Both the position numbers and the translations under genes were made by a program. A model generated the notes under the pieces. The model was given only the letters and a program-made list of their open reading frames with translations, was not told the DNA's origin and did no database searches. From NCBI RefSeq assembly GCF_009914755.1, contig NC_060934.1: DNA of 64,000 nucleotides; one strand, written 5' to 3'. Shown piece after piece: positions 1-13,177 of the stretch. The stretch's first letter is position 1, and each line of letters starts with the position of its first letter. This DNA is from the human T2T-CHM13v2.0 reference genome, Homo sapiens.

Positions 1-379
1 TATTCAGTGCTTGCTGAACAAATGGATGAATAGGTATGCAGTTTCACACAGAGCAAAATTCTTATTTATGTAATGACACACACACACAGTCACTGTGTTC
101 ATGGTTACGCAGACAGAGACAGCCATCCTCCCTCACACTGTCGTTTCAATGTATGAAGAGTCTTCAACAGTCAATCACATGCCTCCACCATCACTTACCT
201 ACGGCCACATACCAACATTCACCCACACACCCACCTCCATGTCAACCAAGGCACTCGTTGTCACGTCCCCACACACATGCACGTCACAAACTCCCACGCG
301 GCCGCACACACAAACTCACACAGAGCCATGGATACACGGCCACACGTACAGCTCCAAACACCTCGAGGGCACACTTCAT

Positions 380-660
380 CTCCAATTGTGAGCAAATGCT
401 GTTGGTTTTCATTAATCTGCAGGCTCTGTGTTTGCCAGTCTCTCTGGCTCCCCCTCTCCCTCTTCCCCACTCTCTCTCTTTCTGCTCCGAGGCAGGTGAG
501 CGCATCAATTTTCTCCTCGTCTGTGGCAGTTAAATTAAATGGAATCGGCCTGGTTGCTGAAAATCAAAGGGAAGGCTGATAAAGCAATTAAATCCCTCTA
601 ATTCCTCGTCCTGAAAGGTGCAGCGGCTCTGAAGCTAATTAACTTCATAATGAAAATCCT
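380..660. promoter_or_regulatory. Candidate conserved non-coding element (homeobox-motif cluster)
   Basis: CATTAAT, TTAAATTAAAT, CAATTAAA, CTAATTAA and TGATAA in non-repetitive DNA. Confidence 0.4.
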
Positions 661-1267
661 TCTTCACCCTTTTAGGCTCTTCTCCTCGGGTCTCCTCTCC
701 TCTCCTCTCCTTCTGGGGAGAAGCTGGTTACTGAGGAAGAGCTGGATCAGCAGCATTAAAAGTCAGAACCCTGGAGAGGTCTCGGGGGACTCCTGTGCTC
801 CTGCGTTCAGCTCCCTCCCCTTCCCTCCTCTGCTCACCCCTTTCTCCTACACCTAGTTACCTGCCTAGCTCTCAACACCACATTTCTAACGTCCACCACC
901 CCCGCAAACACCCCACACTACGCCAACACCAGATCCACCCCTACTACATTCAGCCCACCTCCCACCACCTACCCCAGCACCCAGCTGTTACCCCAAATGC
1001 CAAGGCTTCCTCCACCCCACATCAGCCCCCTAAAACCAACTCTGTCTCTAAAATCGGCCCTGCCCAACACATAGGCCACCTGCCCCTCGAGCTCGATCTC
1101 AACAGCAGCCTGCCTTCAGTGCACAGTTTATAATCCTGAACACCTAATACGTACCCAGAACTATGCTACGCACTGGGGTGTAAAGATGAACAAAAACAAC
1201 ACAAGCCCTGTCCTAAAGGATCTCCTTATCTGGAGGTAGAGAAAATAAGGCCTTCCAAAAGCGAAGC

Positions 1268-1650
1268 TGTCTTAGTCCATCAGGCTGCTATAAGAGAATA
1301 CCAGAAACTGGGTGGCATATAAACAACAGAAATTTATTTCTCCCAGCTCTGGAAGCTGGGAAGTCCAAGATCAAAGCACCAGCAGATTCCATGTCTGGTG
1401 AGGTCCCACTTCTCATAGATAGTGCCTTCTTGCTGTGTCCTCACATGGTGAAAGGGACTAGCTAGCTTTCTGGTGTCTCTTTTTATTTACTGACTTGTTT
1501 GTTTATTTTTATAGCAATACCAGCTTGAGAATGGGGTCTCCACCTCTACAACCTAATCACCTCCCAAAAACCCCACCTCCTAGTGCCACCACCTTGGGAT
1601 TAGAATTTCAACACAAATTTTGGGGAGACATGAACATTTGTGCCATAACA
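1268..1650 (-). mobile_element. ERVL-MaLR solo LTR (MLT1A-like)
   Basis: TG...CA ends; typical tgtcttagtccatcaggctgctataa...aaacaacagaaatttatttctc motif; 5-bp TSD gaagc/gaaac. Confidence 0.85.
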
Positions 1651-1747
1651 GAAACCTATGAGAGGGGCCTGCAGTGCACTCTGGCAGACTAGGGAAGGCT
1701 CCAGATGGGAAGCACTTGGACTAGGTCATTAAGTGTTAGCTGGGGCA

Positions 1748-2037
1748 GGTTGGGCATGGTGGCTCACACCTGTAATCCCAACACTTTGGGAGGCCAAGGT
1801 GGGACGATTGCTTGAGTTCAGGAGTTGGAGACCAGCCTGGGCAACATAGCAAGACCTCGCCTGTACAAAAAAATTAAAAATTAGCCGAGTGTAGTGGTGC
1901 ATGCCTGTAGTCCCAGATACTTGGGTGGTTGAGGCAGGAGGATCGCTTGAACCCAGGAAGTCGGGGCTGCAGTGAGCTGTGATCATACTACTGCACTCCA
2001 TCTCGGGTGACAGAGCGAGACCCGTCTCAAAAAAAAA
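1748..2037 (+). mobile_element. Alu (AluJ-like) within an L2 relic
   Basis: Dimeric Alu with A tail. Confidence 0.92.
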
Positions 2038-2202
2038 GTCAGCTGGGTTGACTGGCTGGGAGAAGGAGATGGAGTCAGGAGAAAGAGCATTTGCAAAGCT
2101 CGGAGGTGGGAGAGAGCAAGAGCTGATCAGGGATTGGGAGTTTGTTTGCAAAGGTAGCCCCTGGGCCATGTGGGAGGCTTGGCTGCAGATGAGGCTGGGT
2201 AA

Positions 2203-2556
<354 letters not shown>

Positions 2557-2944
2557 CAGTTTCTTTCAAACAATGTCAGGTGCTAAATAGGATTTACTTG
2601 TCACATAGAACCAGAGTTTGTTGAAATTCTTTTCCACTACCCCACATGTGGGAGCAGGGCAGACACAGGGAGGATCGCAGACATATGCGAGTGTCCATGA
2701 GCACACTAGCAGGAGCAGGCCTGGGGAACAGGGACCCCAGGAGACATCCAGTCAAAGCGAGTCTAAGAAGGTAGCAGAGCAAGTGCATGGGATGGCCTTC
2801 TGTGATTTGAGAGAGGGAAGAGGCCCTTGCTCTGTGCTGTCCCGCTGCCAGCCCGGAGATGCTCACATTTTGGCACCTACCTCTCCCCTCCCTCTGGAAA
2901 GTCCATCCATTTCCATGGCTTCAGATCTTACCTCTCCATGGGGA

Positions 2945-3260
2945 GCTGTGAGCCCCACAAGGGAAAGGTGCAGTCTGTCTCATTCGCTGTTGAATCCTCA
3001 GCCCAATCTATTGTAGACGCTCAGTAGATATTTTTTAACTGATACAAAGAAATGAACAAATCTACACCCTCGAGCTCCAGACCTGTGTATTCCACTGTCA
3101 ACTAAACTTTTCCACTTGCACGTTTCCATCTCACACTTAACATGTCCCAAACCAAACTCATTCCTCCCCGCTTGCCCACCTGAATCCTGCTCCTCTGCTT
3201 GGTTTCCTGTTTTAGTGAATGGCACCACCAGCCACACAACTGACAAGCCCAAGGCCTGGG
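2945..3260 (+). mobile_element. L2 relics
   Basis: L2 3'-end motif (gctcagtagatatttt...aatgaa) and catctcacacttaacatgtcccaaaccaaactc. Confidence 0.65.
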
Positions 3261-4152
3261 CTTCATTCTCAGCCCTTCCTTCTCTACCACCCCTACCCCC
3301 ACATCGCAGCAGTCTCCACTGCCATTCATTCTGCCTTCCTACTGCTTCTCCTCTTTCCTCTCCCACTACACTCTCCCCGCCACCACCTCTCATGCTCTCT
3401 GTGATTTCCTGGCTGGTCTCTCTGCTTCGGGTCTCCACCACTTCCAATCCATCCTCCAGAACAATTGTTCTGAAGTGGAAAATAGGAACACATCACTCAT
3501 CTACTTACTATTCTCATAGGCTCATCATTCCTTATAAAGCAAAGGTCAGCTCCTCAGCTAGCCTACAGGACCCCAGACTTCAGCCACAGCTGACTTCTTA
3601 CAGCAACCAAATGTCCCAGATTCATGTTGGGGTGCCTTGTTCCTTGCCCGTCTGGAATGCCCTTCTCCAAACTCCACTGGACCCCGGCTTCCTCCCACCC
3701 CTGACCACCCCATCATGTTTCCAGACTCCCTGAAATTTTCTTTAGAGGTTCTATTTTATGTTTGTTTTCCTTTGAGCTTTTCTGTGCCTTCTATGTATTC
3801 TGCATGGAGCAAATATTATTTTTGTAACTAGAGAAAGAAAATGTTTTAATATAGCTGAGAACCCCCTTCTCTCTAAAGCTTCTCCTCAGGCTTCCATATC
3901 CCTACCCACAGAATTCCCCTTCCGTTGGGCCTCATTGGGACCTCTCTTCCACCTGCTGGAACACCAGCAGCCTGATGTGTTTGCATATTTGTCTCCCTTA
4001 CAGGGTGAGGCCCTGGAGGGCAGGGCAAATGGGTGTCCTCCTGATCTTGGCTGGCACAGTGTCAGGCACATCAGATTTGCCCCATGATTGTTGAACAAGT
4101 GAATGGCCAAGCGGCCTGAGAGAGCTGAGAGTTTAGTCAAACCACAGCATTG

Positions 4153-4668
<516 letters not shown>

Positions 4669-5289
4669 TCAGAGGTGCAAGGAGAGAAAAGCAGTGGGAG
4701 GGAGAAGCAGAGATGTGGGAGAAAGGCAGAGACAGGACGAGTGACAGAGGGAAGGAGGCTCTTATGAAGACACAGGGAGACAGTGGCAGAGACTCCAGAA
4801 GGGCAGATGGGTGACAAGGCCCCCAGCACAGCCCAGGAGCCTCCATGCACACAAAGCCCACGCTGGGGTTGGGGGACAGGGTCCTGGGGATTGGGGAGAG
4901 GACAGCAGGTTCCCAACCCTCTGCAGGTGCCAGCCCCCATCCTGGGCCAGCTCCCCACCCTTTCTGGAGCCAGCGGGTGGCACCCTGCCGGGGGCAGATG
5001 AGACTCCGACATGAGTGATGGGTGCCGATTTAGGCCCAGATTTGCCACAATTGTGGGGGCTGGCGCAGTTCTGAGACCAGGAGGAGGGGTGGGCAGGGTG
5101 TAAGCAGGCTGGACTGGCGATGGGGAAGCAGGGAGATCTCTGTGGGGAAGAGCCAGACTTTTCTCTGAGTGCCCAGCAGAGGCCAGGTGAATGGCGATTG
5201 GGGACCACAGCCAGAGAACTAAGAGGGGGCACTCTGCACAGGGCTTGACTTGTTTGCAGAGAGTGCAGGGTGAGTCCGCTGATGGGCCT

Positions 5290-5291
<2 letters not shown>

Positions 5292-5335
<44 letters not shown>
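5292..5335. repeat. (CA)n microsatellite
   Basis: About 22 perfect units. Confidence 0.97.
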
Positions 5336-5337
<2 letters not shown>

Positions 5338-5999
5338 GTCATTCCCCAGTCCAGCATTCACACCCAGAAGAAACCTCTGTGAGGCACGTACTGAGCACAC
5401 TGCTGGAATGCCTACTGCGCGCCCCGGTGCATCAGGACCACCCATTCACTCAGTCACACCGCAACAATCTCAGCCCAACAACACTGATTCACCTCATCCC
5501 AGTTGCTCAGAGTGAAAGTCAGGCAATTTGCACAGACAGAACTCATCACACAAGGCATCTCTTGGTCTCCCAGACGTCCTCGCACATACGCACAAGCAGG
5601 CAGGCATACACGCATGCACGTATGTGTGCACACACAAATTGTTAAGTTTGGCAGGAGTGATGGGGATAGCCCTGGGGGTCTGGGTCTTCGTTTTGAAGAG
5701 AGAAAAAGACAGTGTCAGGTCACTGGGCTCATGGAGGCAGATCTGGGCCACAGCCCTAGCAGAGTCCAGTGAGGTCAGCCATAGGGTTCAGGTCCCTTGG
5801 GGACAGTCCTGTCCATCCTGGATGATTCGGCCCCACCCACACTGTCTCCAGATGCCCTCCTCCACCCTGCCAGGGTCCAGTCCCCTTCAGTCCCTGCCGT
5901 CACCCCCTCCCTGGGCCCCCTCCTGTCAGCTCATTCTCTTTCCATCTGCGTCGCTTCTTCTCCCCCGACTGACCCCCCCCATCCCCGCCCCCCAGCCTC

Positions 6000-6180
6000 G
6001 GTGATAAAAGAGCCAGATTGGAGCGGGTGCCACGCAGCTTCATTCCCCACCATATGGGCCCAAAAGCCAAATCGTCAGCTAAGCGATTAAATCAAGTATG
6101 TCGAACAAAATGTTATGAACTGACATTATGGGTATATAATTTTATGCCATTTGTTGCCATCTGTTTATCTAAACAGCCCC
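6000..6180. promoter_or_regulatory. Candidate conserved non-coding element
   Basis: AT-rich island with retained CpGs; GATAA, GATTAAATCA, TTTTATG, TGTTTAT and TAAACA. Confidence 0.4.
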
Positions 6181-7974
6181 CGTTCCACACAGACATACAG
6201 ACTCACACCTTCCCTCCTACCCTCCACCCGTCAGGAGCCCCCACCCCCAACCAGGGCCAGAGGTCAGGGACAAGAAGACGTGTGCCAGGTAGTTGAAGAA
6301 CCAGGGGCTCCAGGGTTCTTGGGAACTGCAAGGAACTAGAGGGCCAGTAGTCCCAGAGAGCTGAGGAATAGGAGAGTGGGGGTCAAAACTGCTCATTGGC
6401 CCGAAAGGGGGCAAGACCCTTGGGGAACAGGAAGTTAGGGAACCAGGAGTCCCAGGCATAAAGACTGTAGCTAGGGCCATAGCACAGGGCCATGGACCAG
6501 AGCCAGGAGAGCCTCACTGGCAAGCCTCCAGCCTGGCACGTGGCACGTGGCACGTGTGTGTAAGTGTGTGTGCAGGGCAGGCACAAGAGCTGCAGCTGTG
6601 CACATCACAGAAAGCTGTAGGAGCTTTCTCTCCCTCTGCCCCTGTTTGTCCTGGGGGCCCAAGGCTCTCAGAGCCTGATAGGAGGGCTGGCTCCTCTCAG
6701 GACCACAGGCACAGGTCAGGGGGCCAGAGGCTTAGGCCATTGTCACTCATGTCTCCTCCTCAAAGTATGGTCACAGGGCAGGTGCCCCATCAAGCCCAGA
6801 GGATAGGGAGCCCCCGTCCCTATACCCCTCCAACCCCAAACAGCTTTGGAGTCTGAAATAGCCCCCTTAACACCAGGCCTGGGCCTCTGTGAGCTTAAGT
6901 GTGAGCCCCCAGCCACAGATCCGCGGCCATCCCACCCTCTTGGGCCTCTCTGCTGCCTGGCCCTGACCTGTGTCTGTCTCCACGCCTGTGGTCTCTCTGT
7001 CTGACCTCCCCTGTCTACCCCCTCTTCCATGGTGAGGGTCTCTGTGTGTCTCTCTCACCTCACTCTCTTTCTGCCTGTCTCTGGCTCTGTTTTGACCTCT
7101 GACTCTCCTGGAGGTACAGGCTTGGGCCTCAGAGATATCTAGCCAGAGGGATAGTGACTCCACAGAGGAGTACAGAGGTGGGAGGTGGGGTGGAGGAAGT
7201 GGGCCAGGAAGACAGCGGAGCAAAACATGACACACAGGGACTCAGATGGTGGACAGTCAGGTGACCCTGGGGCACTGCAAGCCTTGGGGCTGCTCCAGGA
7301 GCTGGAAGGAGTGTGGCCTGTGGGTGAAGAAGTGTGAGGAAGGTGAGGGAAGCTTCGGCGTAAGGGAAGGACGCCCCAGCCAAAGGGTGCATGGGGAAGA
7401 CGGCAGGCAACCTCTTGCAAGATTTATTAAAACACTACCACACACACACACACGAGACAGAGAGAGAGAGACAGGTCCCAGGAGCCCATCCATGCCCATG
7501 CACAGGGCTCGATGACACTTGCCATAGAAAGACCTCAAGGTCACTGAGTGTGCTCCCTCACCATCAGGGACAGTGTTGCCAGCAAGTCAGGCATTCCAGT
7601 GCCCAGCCTCTCGCAGTTCTCCCCCAGGAGTGTGTGCACAAGCGTGTCCTGCAGGCTTGGGCTTACCCTCCACTTCCCCACACACAGCATCACACAGCCA
7701 CCCGGCACCCACAGAGACACATGTCTCTATCTCTGTTGCAGGAAGAGATGAAGCACTGCAGAGGAAAGCCCAAAGTGAGCGCTGGAAATCCAAACAGGAG
7801 GAGGAAAAAAGCAGCCAGATAGCCTCAAGAGATGAGGCTGAGACAAGACGGACAGGAAGAAACAAGGAACCAGACAGAGACAGAGACAGCGGCCAAGGGA
7901 CAGAAAAAGAAGGAGAAAGACAAAGAGAAGACGGAGACTTGAAGGCCGATGAGGAGGAAGCAAGAGTGAGGGGA

Positions 7975-8335
7975 CGCTGCGGGCGGGCGGGCGGGCGGGA
8001 GGGGGTGCCCAAGACGCTGAAAGCCAGGAAGGCACGGGTGGTGGCAGCGGCTGAGGCTGGAAAAGCTCATTTTGCTGGTAATTTACTCTCCTGCTTTTGG
8101 GCTGCTCCGCCTGCCGCTGCCGCCCGCCCGGGCTGCCTGTTCCAATATTAGATATAAACAAGTAAACTGTGTAATGGATCACATTAAGCAGGCCTTGCGT
8201 CTTGAGGCAGGATTTAATTTGCATGGCAGATTAGCTTGTCTTCCCAGCAAGGCACCCCGGGGCACCCCGAGCTGTAATAGGATCCCGCCTCTTAGAGCCC
8301 ATTAAGGCAATTGAGAGCGCCTCCTAATCTCCCTC
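7975..8335. promoter_or_regulatory. Candidate enhancer: GC-box/G4 tract plus octamer, Fox and homeobox cluster
   Basis: (GGGC)4GGG at 7981; ATAAACA and GTAAAC; ATTTGCAT at 8217-8224; AGATTA/TAATCT; locally CpG-rich. Confidence 0.45.
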
Positions 8336-8941
8336 CCCGCCCTGCACCAGAATCCCCTCCTGCCGGACCAAGGAGGGACTTGTGATAGCGGACGCCCATC
8401 TTGTAACCCTGTGTGGTGCCCCCATCTCAGGCCCCACCTTGCCCTTAAAGCAGCAACCCCAAGCCCCATGGGTTGCCCCCTTTCTACCTCCTTCCTCAGC
8501 ACCCAACCTCAGAGAACTTGCCCTTTGAGCACCCCCAACTCTGCTTCAGAGCACCCCGACTGCCCTGAATCCACTTTCCCCCATTCCTCCAAGTGTCCCC
8601 AAACTCCAGGCCTGTGCTCTGACCCCCAGCTTTCTCCATTCCCTGCCTGGCTCCCCCAGATCCTCCAGCAATCAGTGGGCTTCCTAGCTGAGGTCAGGGG
8701 TTAGAATGTCTTCCATCCCTTTCTTCAATTTTTCATTTAACAGCCGTTCATTGAGCTTCCTGTGCCCCTAACAATATCATTGTCTGGTTGGGAATCAGAG
8801 CAAGACTCAGAACCTGCGTGGAGATCAAAGTTCAACTTACAATTTGGTTTCAAAGTGGGGCTGAAGTGAGTGATTATAACAACCCTCATTTGTGGGGCGC
8901 CTTAAAGTTTATGTGTTACATCTATTAGGTCATTAATCCTA

Positions 8942-9290
<349 letters not shown>

Positions 9291-11321
9291 CCATTGAAAA
9301 GATGAGGAAACGGGCTCAGTGAGGAGAAATGATTTGTCCAAGGTCAAACGATTGGTAAGGGGCAGCTCCAGGACTCCACCCAGCTCTGCCGGACCCGAAG
9401 TGCAGAAGTCTTTCTGATATACCACAGTACCGGGGTCAGCATTGGTCTCTGGAGAGGAAAGGGGCCGTCTTAGGGTTAAGGCCCATACCAGGGTCCATAT
9501 CAGGACCAGGCCGATCTTCGCTATCAGTCCCCTGCCCCACAACTGGACCAGGGTGAGTGGATCCCACAGCAGGGATCAGTTTCCCACTTATTTAACCAAA
9601 GGTAATCCTGCAGTGGAGTTACTGAACACTTGTGAAGGGCACTAAACAACCAAATGCCAGTGGCACTGGAAACCAGGGAGACTGGGGTAGGTGTAGAGAA
9701 AGACCTGCAGGCTGTGGAGCATCCCCCAGCCCGATCCCCTCAGCATTGGCAAGCCCCTGAGCTGGACTGGGTTGGGCTGGGGATGGGGACTGTGGAGCCT
9801 GCAGGGAGACGGGGCCTGGGTGGGTGGGTATGGGGCCAGGCTGGTGGAGAAGGGTCAGTTCAGTCCTGCTTAGCTCACAAAGGGTCCTTGTTGTGGGTAA
9901 TGGGACTCCCCTGGCAGCTTTATTTGCTGTCAGTGGCTTTTATTAAAGTCTCCAGTTTCAGACCCTCCAACCTCCAGCCATTGTGTGTGCTCGCCCTGGG
10001 CCCTGCCCCCATCCCCTGGCTAGATGACTCTGAAGGGCCTCCCTGCTCTGTCTCCTGGGCCCCAGCCACCCCCCCCAACCCAGGCACCAGTCTCCCACCT
10101 TCACCTCCCAGAGAGAGGGCAGAAAGGCTATGCACTCGGGGGAACATCTCAGCCCTGGCCCTCCAACACCTCAAAATGGACCCAAATCTCCCAGACGTTG
10201 TGACTGGTGCTGGGGGTGAGGCAGTGAGGCAGCCTGGGCAGAATGCACACTGAGTGGCACACACGCATGCACATATGTGTACCCTTGTGTGTCCTTGAGG
10301 GCTGCATACCCATCTGTTCCCTCAGCCCGTGTCTTCACACAGACACACACAGGAATGAGTACTGTTTAGGGATTGAGAGGAGGGTGGGGTGGGGGCTTCA
10401 GTTTGATTCCATGAGCATTTAGGGACACCCTCCACCTCCACCAGGCACCAGGTCAGAACTAGAGGGCAGGAGGATGGAGAAGCGTCTTCCAGCTTCGTCT
10501 GTCACTTGGGATACTGACTCTCCCTGCTGCCTTCTCTCTGCCCACAGAAAGAAGCAGGCAGAGGAGCTAGGCTGGGCCTTGACGCTGGGTGAAGAAGAGA
10601 CACGCAAATGCACCAAATATCAGCAGGTGTTTAACCTTACTTCACCCAGATTCTAACCTCTCGTTTGTAGCCCAGAGCCCCAGCCCTGGATTCACAGCCC
10701 AGAACCCAAGCAGCTGAGGCCTGGTTCTTACACACTTCCTTCCCAGAGAATATACTTGGGGTTGGGCACTGGAGAGACCCAGCCTTCAGGATGACCTCCC
10801 TGGGGCAGAAGTTTGAAGTAAAAATGGGCACATGATCCCAGGAAATCCTTGCTGAGCAGGGGAAAACAGAAGAGGGACATAGAGGGAAGCCCAAGGGCCA
10901 CAGGTGGGGACTGAAGGGGACTCACATCCTGCACTTGGGCTTCTCGTCCATGCCCCACCCCACCCCTGTGGAGCTAGAGGGAAGAGACCGCACTGCCCTT
11001 CTCTCCATTACCCACTTATGTGAGAACTGAGGTTGGCATAAGTGCACAGCCAGTGACTGCGTCTGTGTGCAATTGGGTGTGGGCCACTAGGAATGTGAGT
11101 GTGTGTGCATGCATGTGTGTAGGGGGGTGATAATGGGGTCCACATGAGCATGAACATTGGGGTGTCAATCGTATACTTATATGTGTCTTCTGGAGGTGTC
11201 TGCTCTGGGGAGAGCAGCTCTATAGTTTATGTGAGGCGAGGATGTCTATGGTCGAAGGTGACTGCATGTATTTGTTGTGGGCTGTCTGTCCTGCATACTT
11301 TTGGGTATATAAGAGAGAGGG

Positions 11322-11960
<639 letters not shown>

Positions 11961-12519
11961 TATGGTGAAGGCAGCGGGGCCGGTGGCGGCTCCTCCAGGC
12001 CGGGCTGCTGCAGGACCTCAGCCTGTGATGGATGCGGCAGTCACAAGCGATTGTTCTACTCGCTGATATTCTAGGCTCCCAAATGTGGCCTGTTTTGTTT
12101 CAAAAAAAAAAAAAAAGAAAGAAAGAAAGAAGAAAAGAGAGAGTCAGGGAAGAAAACAAATAGGCCAGGGTCTCCATGATGAGATGGTTAAATATACCAA
12201 GGCTGGGTCTCGCTCCTTAGCTAGCTGCACAGGCCCTGGGCACTCCTGTCACTGTTGCAGCCAGCTTTGCGGAAGGAGCAATAAACACATAAGCAAACCA
12301 AGTGGTGAAGAAACTTCGTGTCCCCTAGGCGCATCAGCAGCCCTGAGCACTCACGCCAGGCGAGGTGCCCTCCATGATTCCTGCTCTCCCCTGTGCCAGC
12401 TGAGGGGTTCTCCAAGGAGGCAGATGCCCCCATATCCTGCTGTTTCTAGCTCCTCCTCCCTTCAAGGGAGGAACCACACTTCCCCTTAACTCTGCCTCTT
12501 CTCCCCCTGCCAGGCCCCT

Positions 12520-12703
12520 TCCAAACCCTCTGATGCAGGAACCTCCAGGACTATCCATGGCCTGCCCAGGGGGACCCTAGTTTAGCCCCCTCAGGATCCA
12601 TCTGACCAGAAATTGAACTAGGCCCTTGCCTGGCCCCTGAGGCTGGAACGCGTATGGCGTGCGGGGAACATTCCCTTTCAGAACAAGCTGCCTCCCCCCA
12701 GGG
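12520..12703 (+). repeat. Inverted repeat, left arm (~185 bp, not a recognised TE)
   Basis: About 88% identity to the reverse complement of 12993-13177. Confidence 0.92.
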
Positions 12704-12992
12704 CCTTATCTCCCTGTGAGTAATAAAACTGCTGAGGCAGGACGGCCTGGTGGGCAGGCACAGGCAGCATTGGGTGCAGGATGCAGGGCTGTTCTGTCCC
12801 TGCCCCAGGCATCAGCTCATCCACCCTCCCTCCGGCCCTCATCCAACTCCTGGAGCTGAACTAGGCTCCAAGTTCTCACGACGAGGGCAACAAGACTCTA
12901 GGCTGACCTCCACCTTGGGATCGCAATCACTTAGCACACCTCTCTTCAAGATGGGGGGTCCTGCTGCAGGGCCTCAGCCTGTGATGGAGTGA

Positions 12993-13177
12993 CCCTGGGG
13001 GCAGGCAGCTTGTTCTGAAAGGGAATGTACCCTGCACCCCCAATACGTGTTCTGGTGTCAGGGGCCAGGCCAGGGCCTAGTTCAATTTCTGGTCAGAAAC
13101 ATTCTGAGGGGCCTAACTAGGGTCCCCCAGGACAGGCCATGGATAGTCCTGGAGGTTCCTGCATTGGAGGGTTTGGA
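12993..13177 (-). repeat. Inverted repeat, right arm
   Basis: For example ggccatggatagtcctggaggttcctgcat is the exact reverse complement of atgcaggaacctccaggactatccatggcc in the left arm. Confidence 0.92.

Noticed and set aside
12520-13177. Inverted repeat as a pre-miRNA or MITE
   Set aside because: The 289-bp loop and 185-bp arms do not fit pre-miRNA geometry, and there are no canonical transposon termini or TSD.
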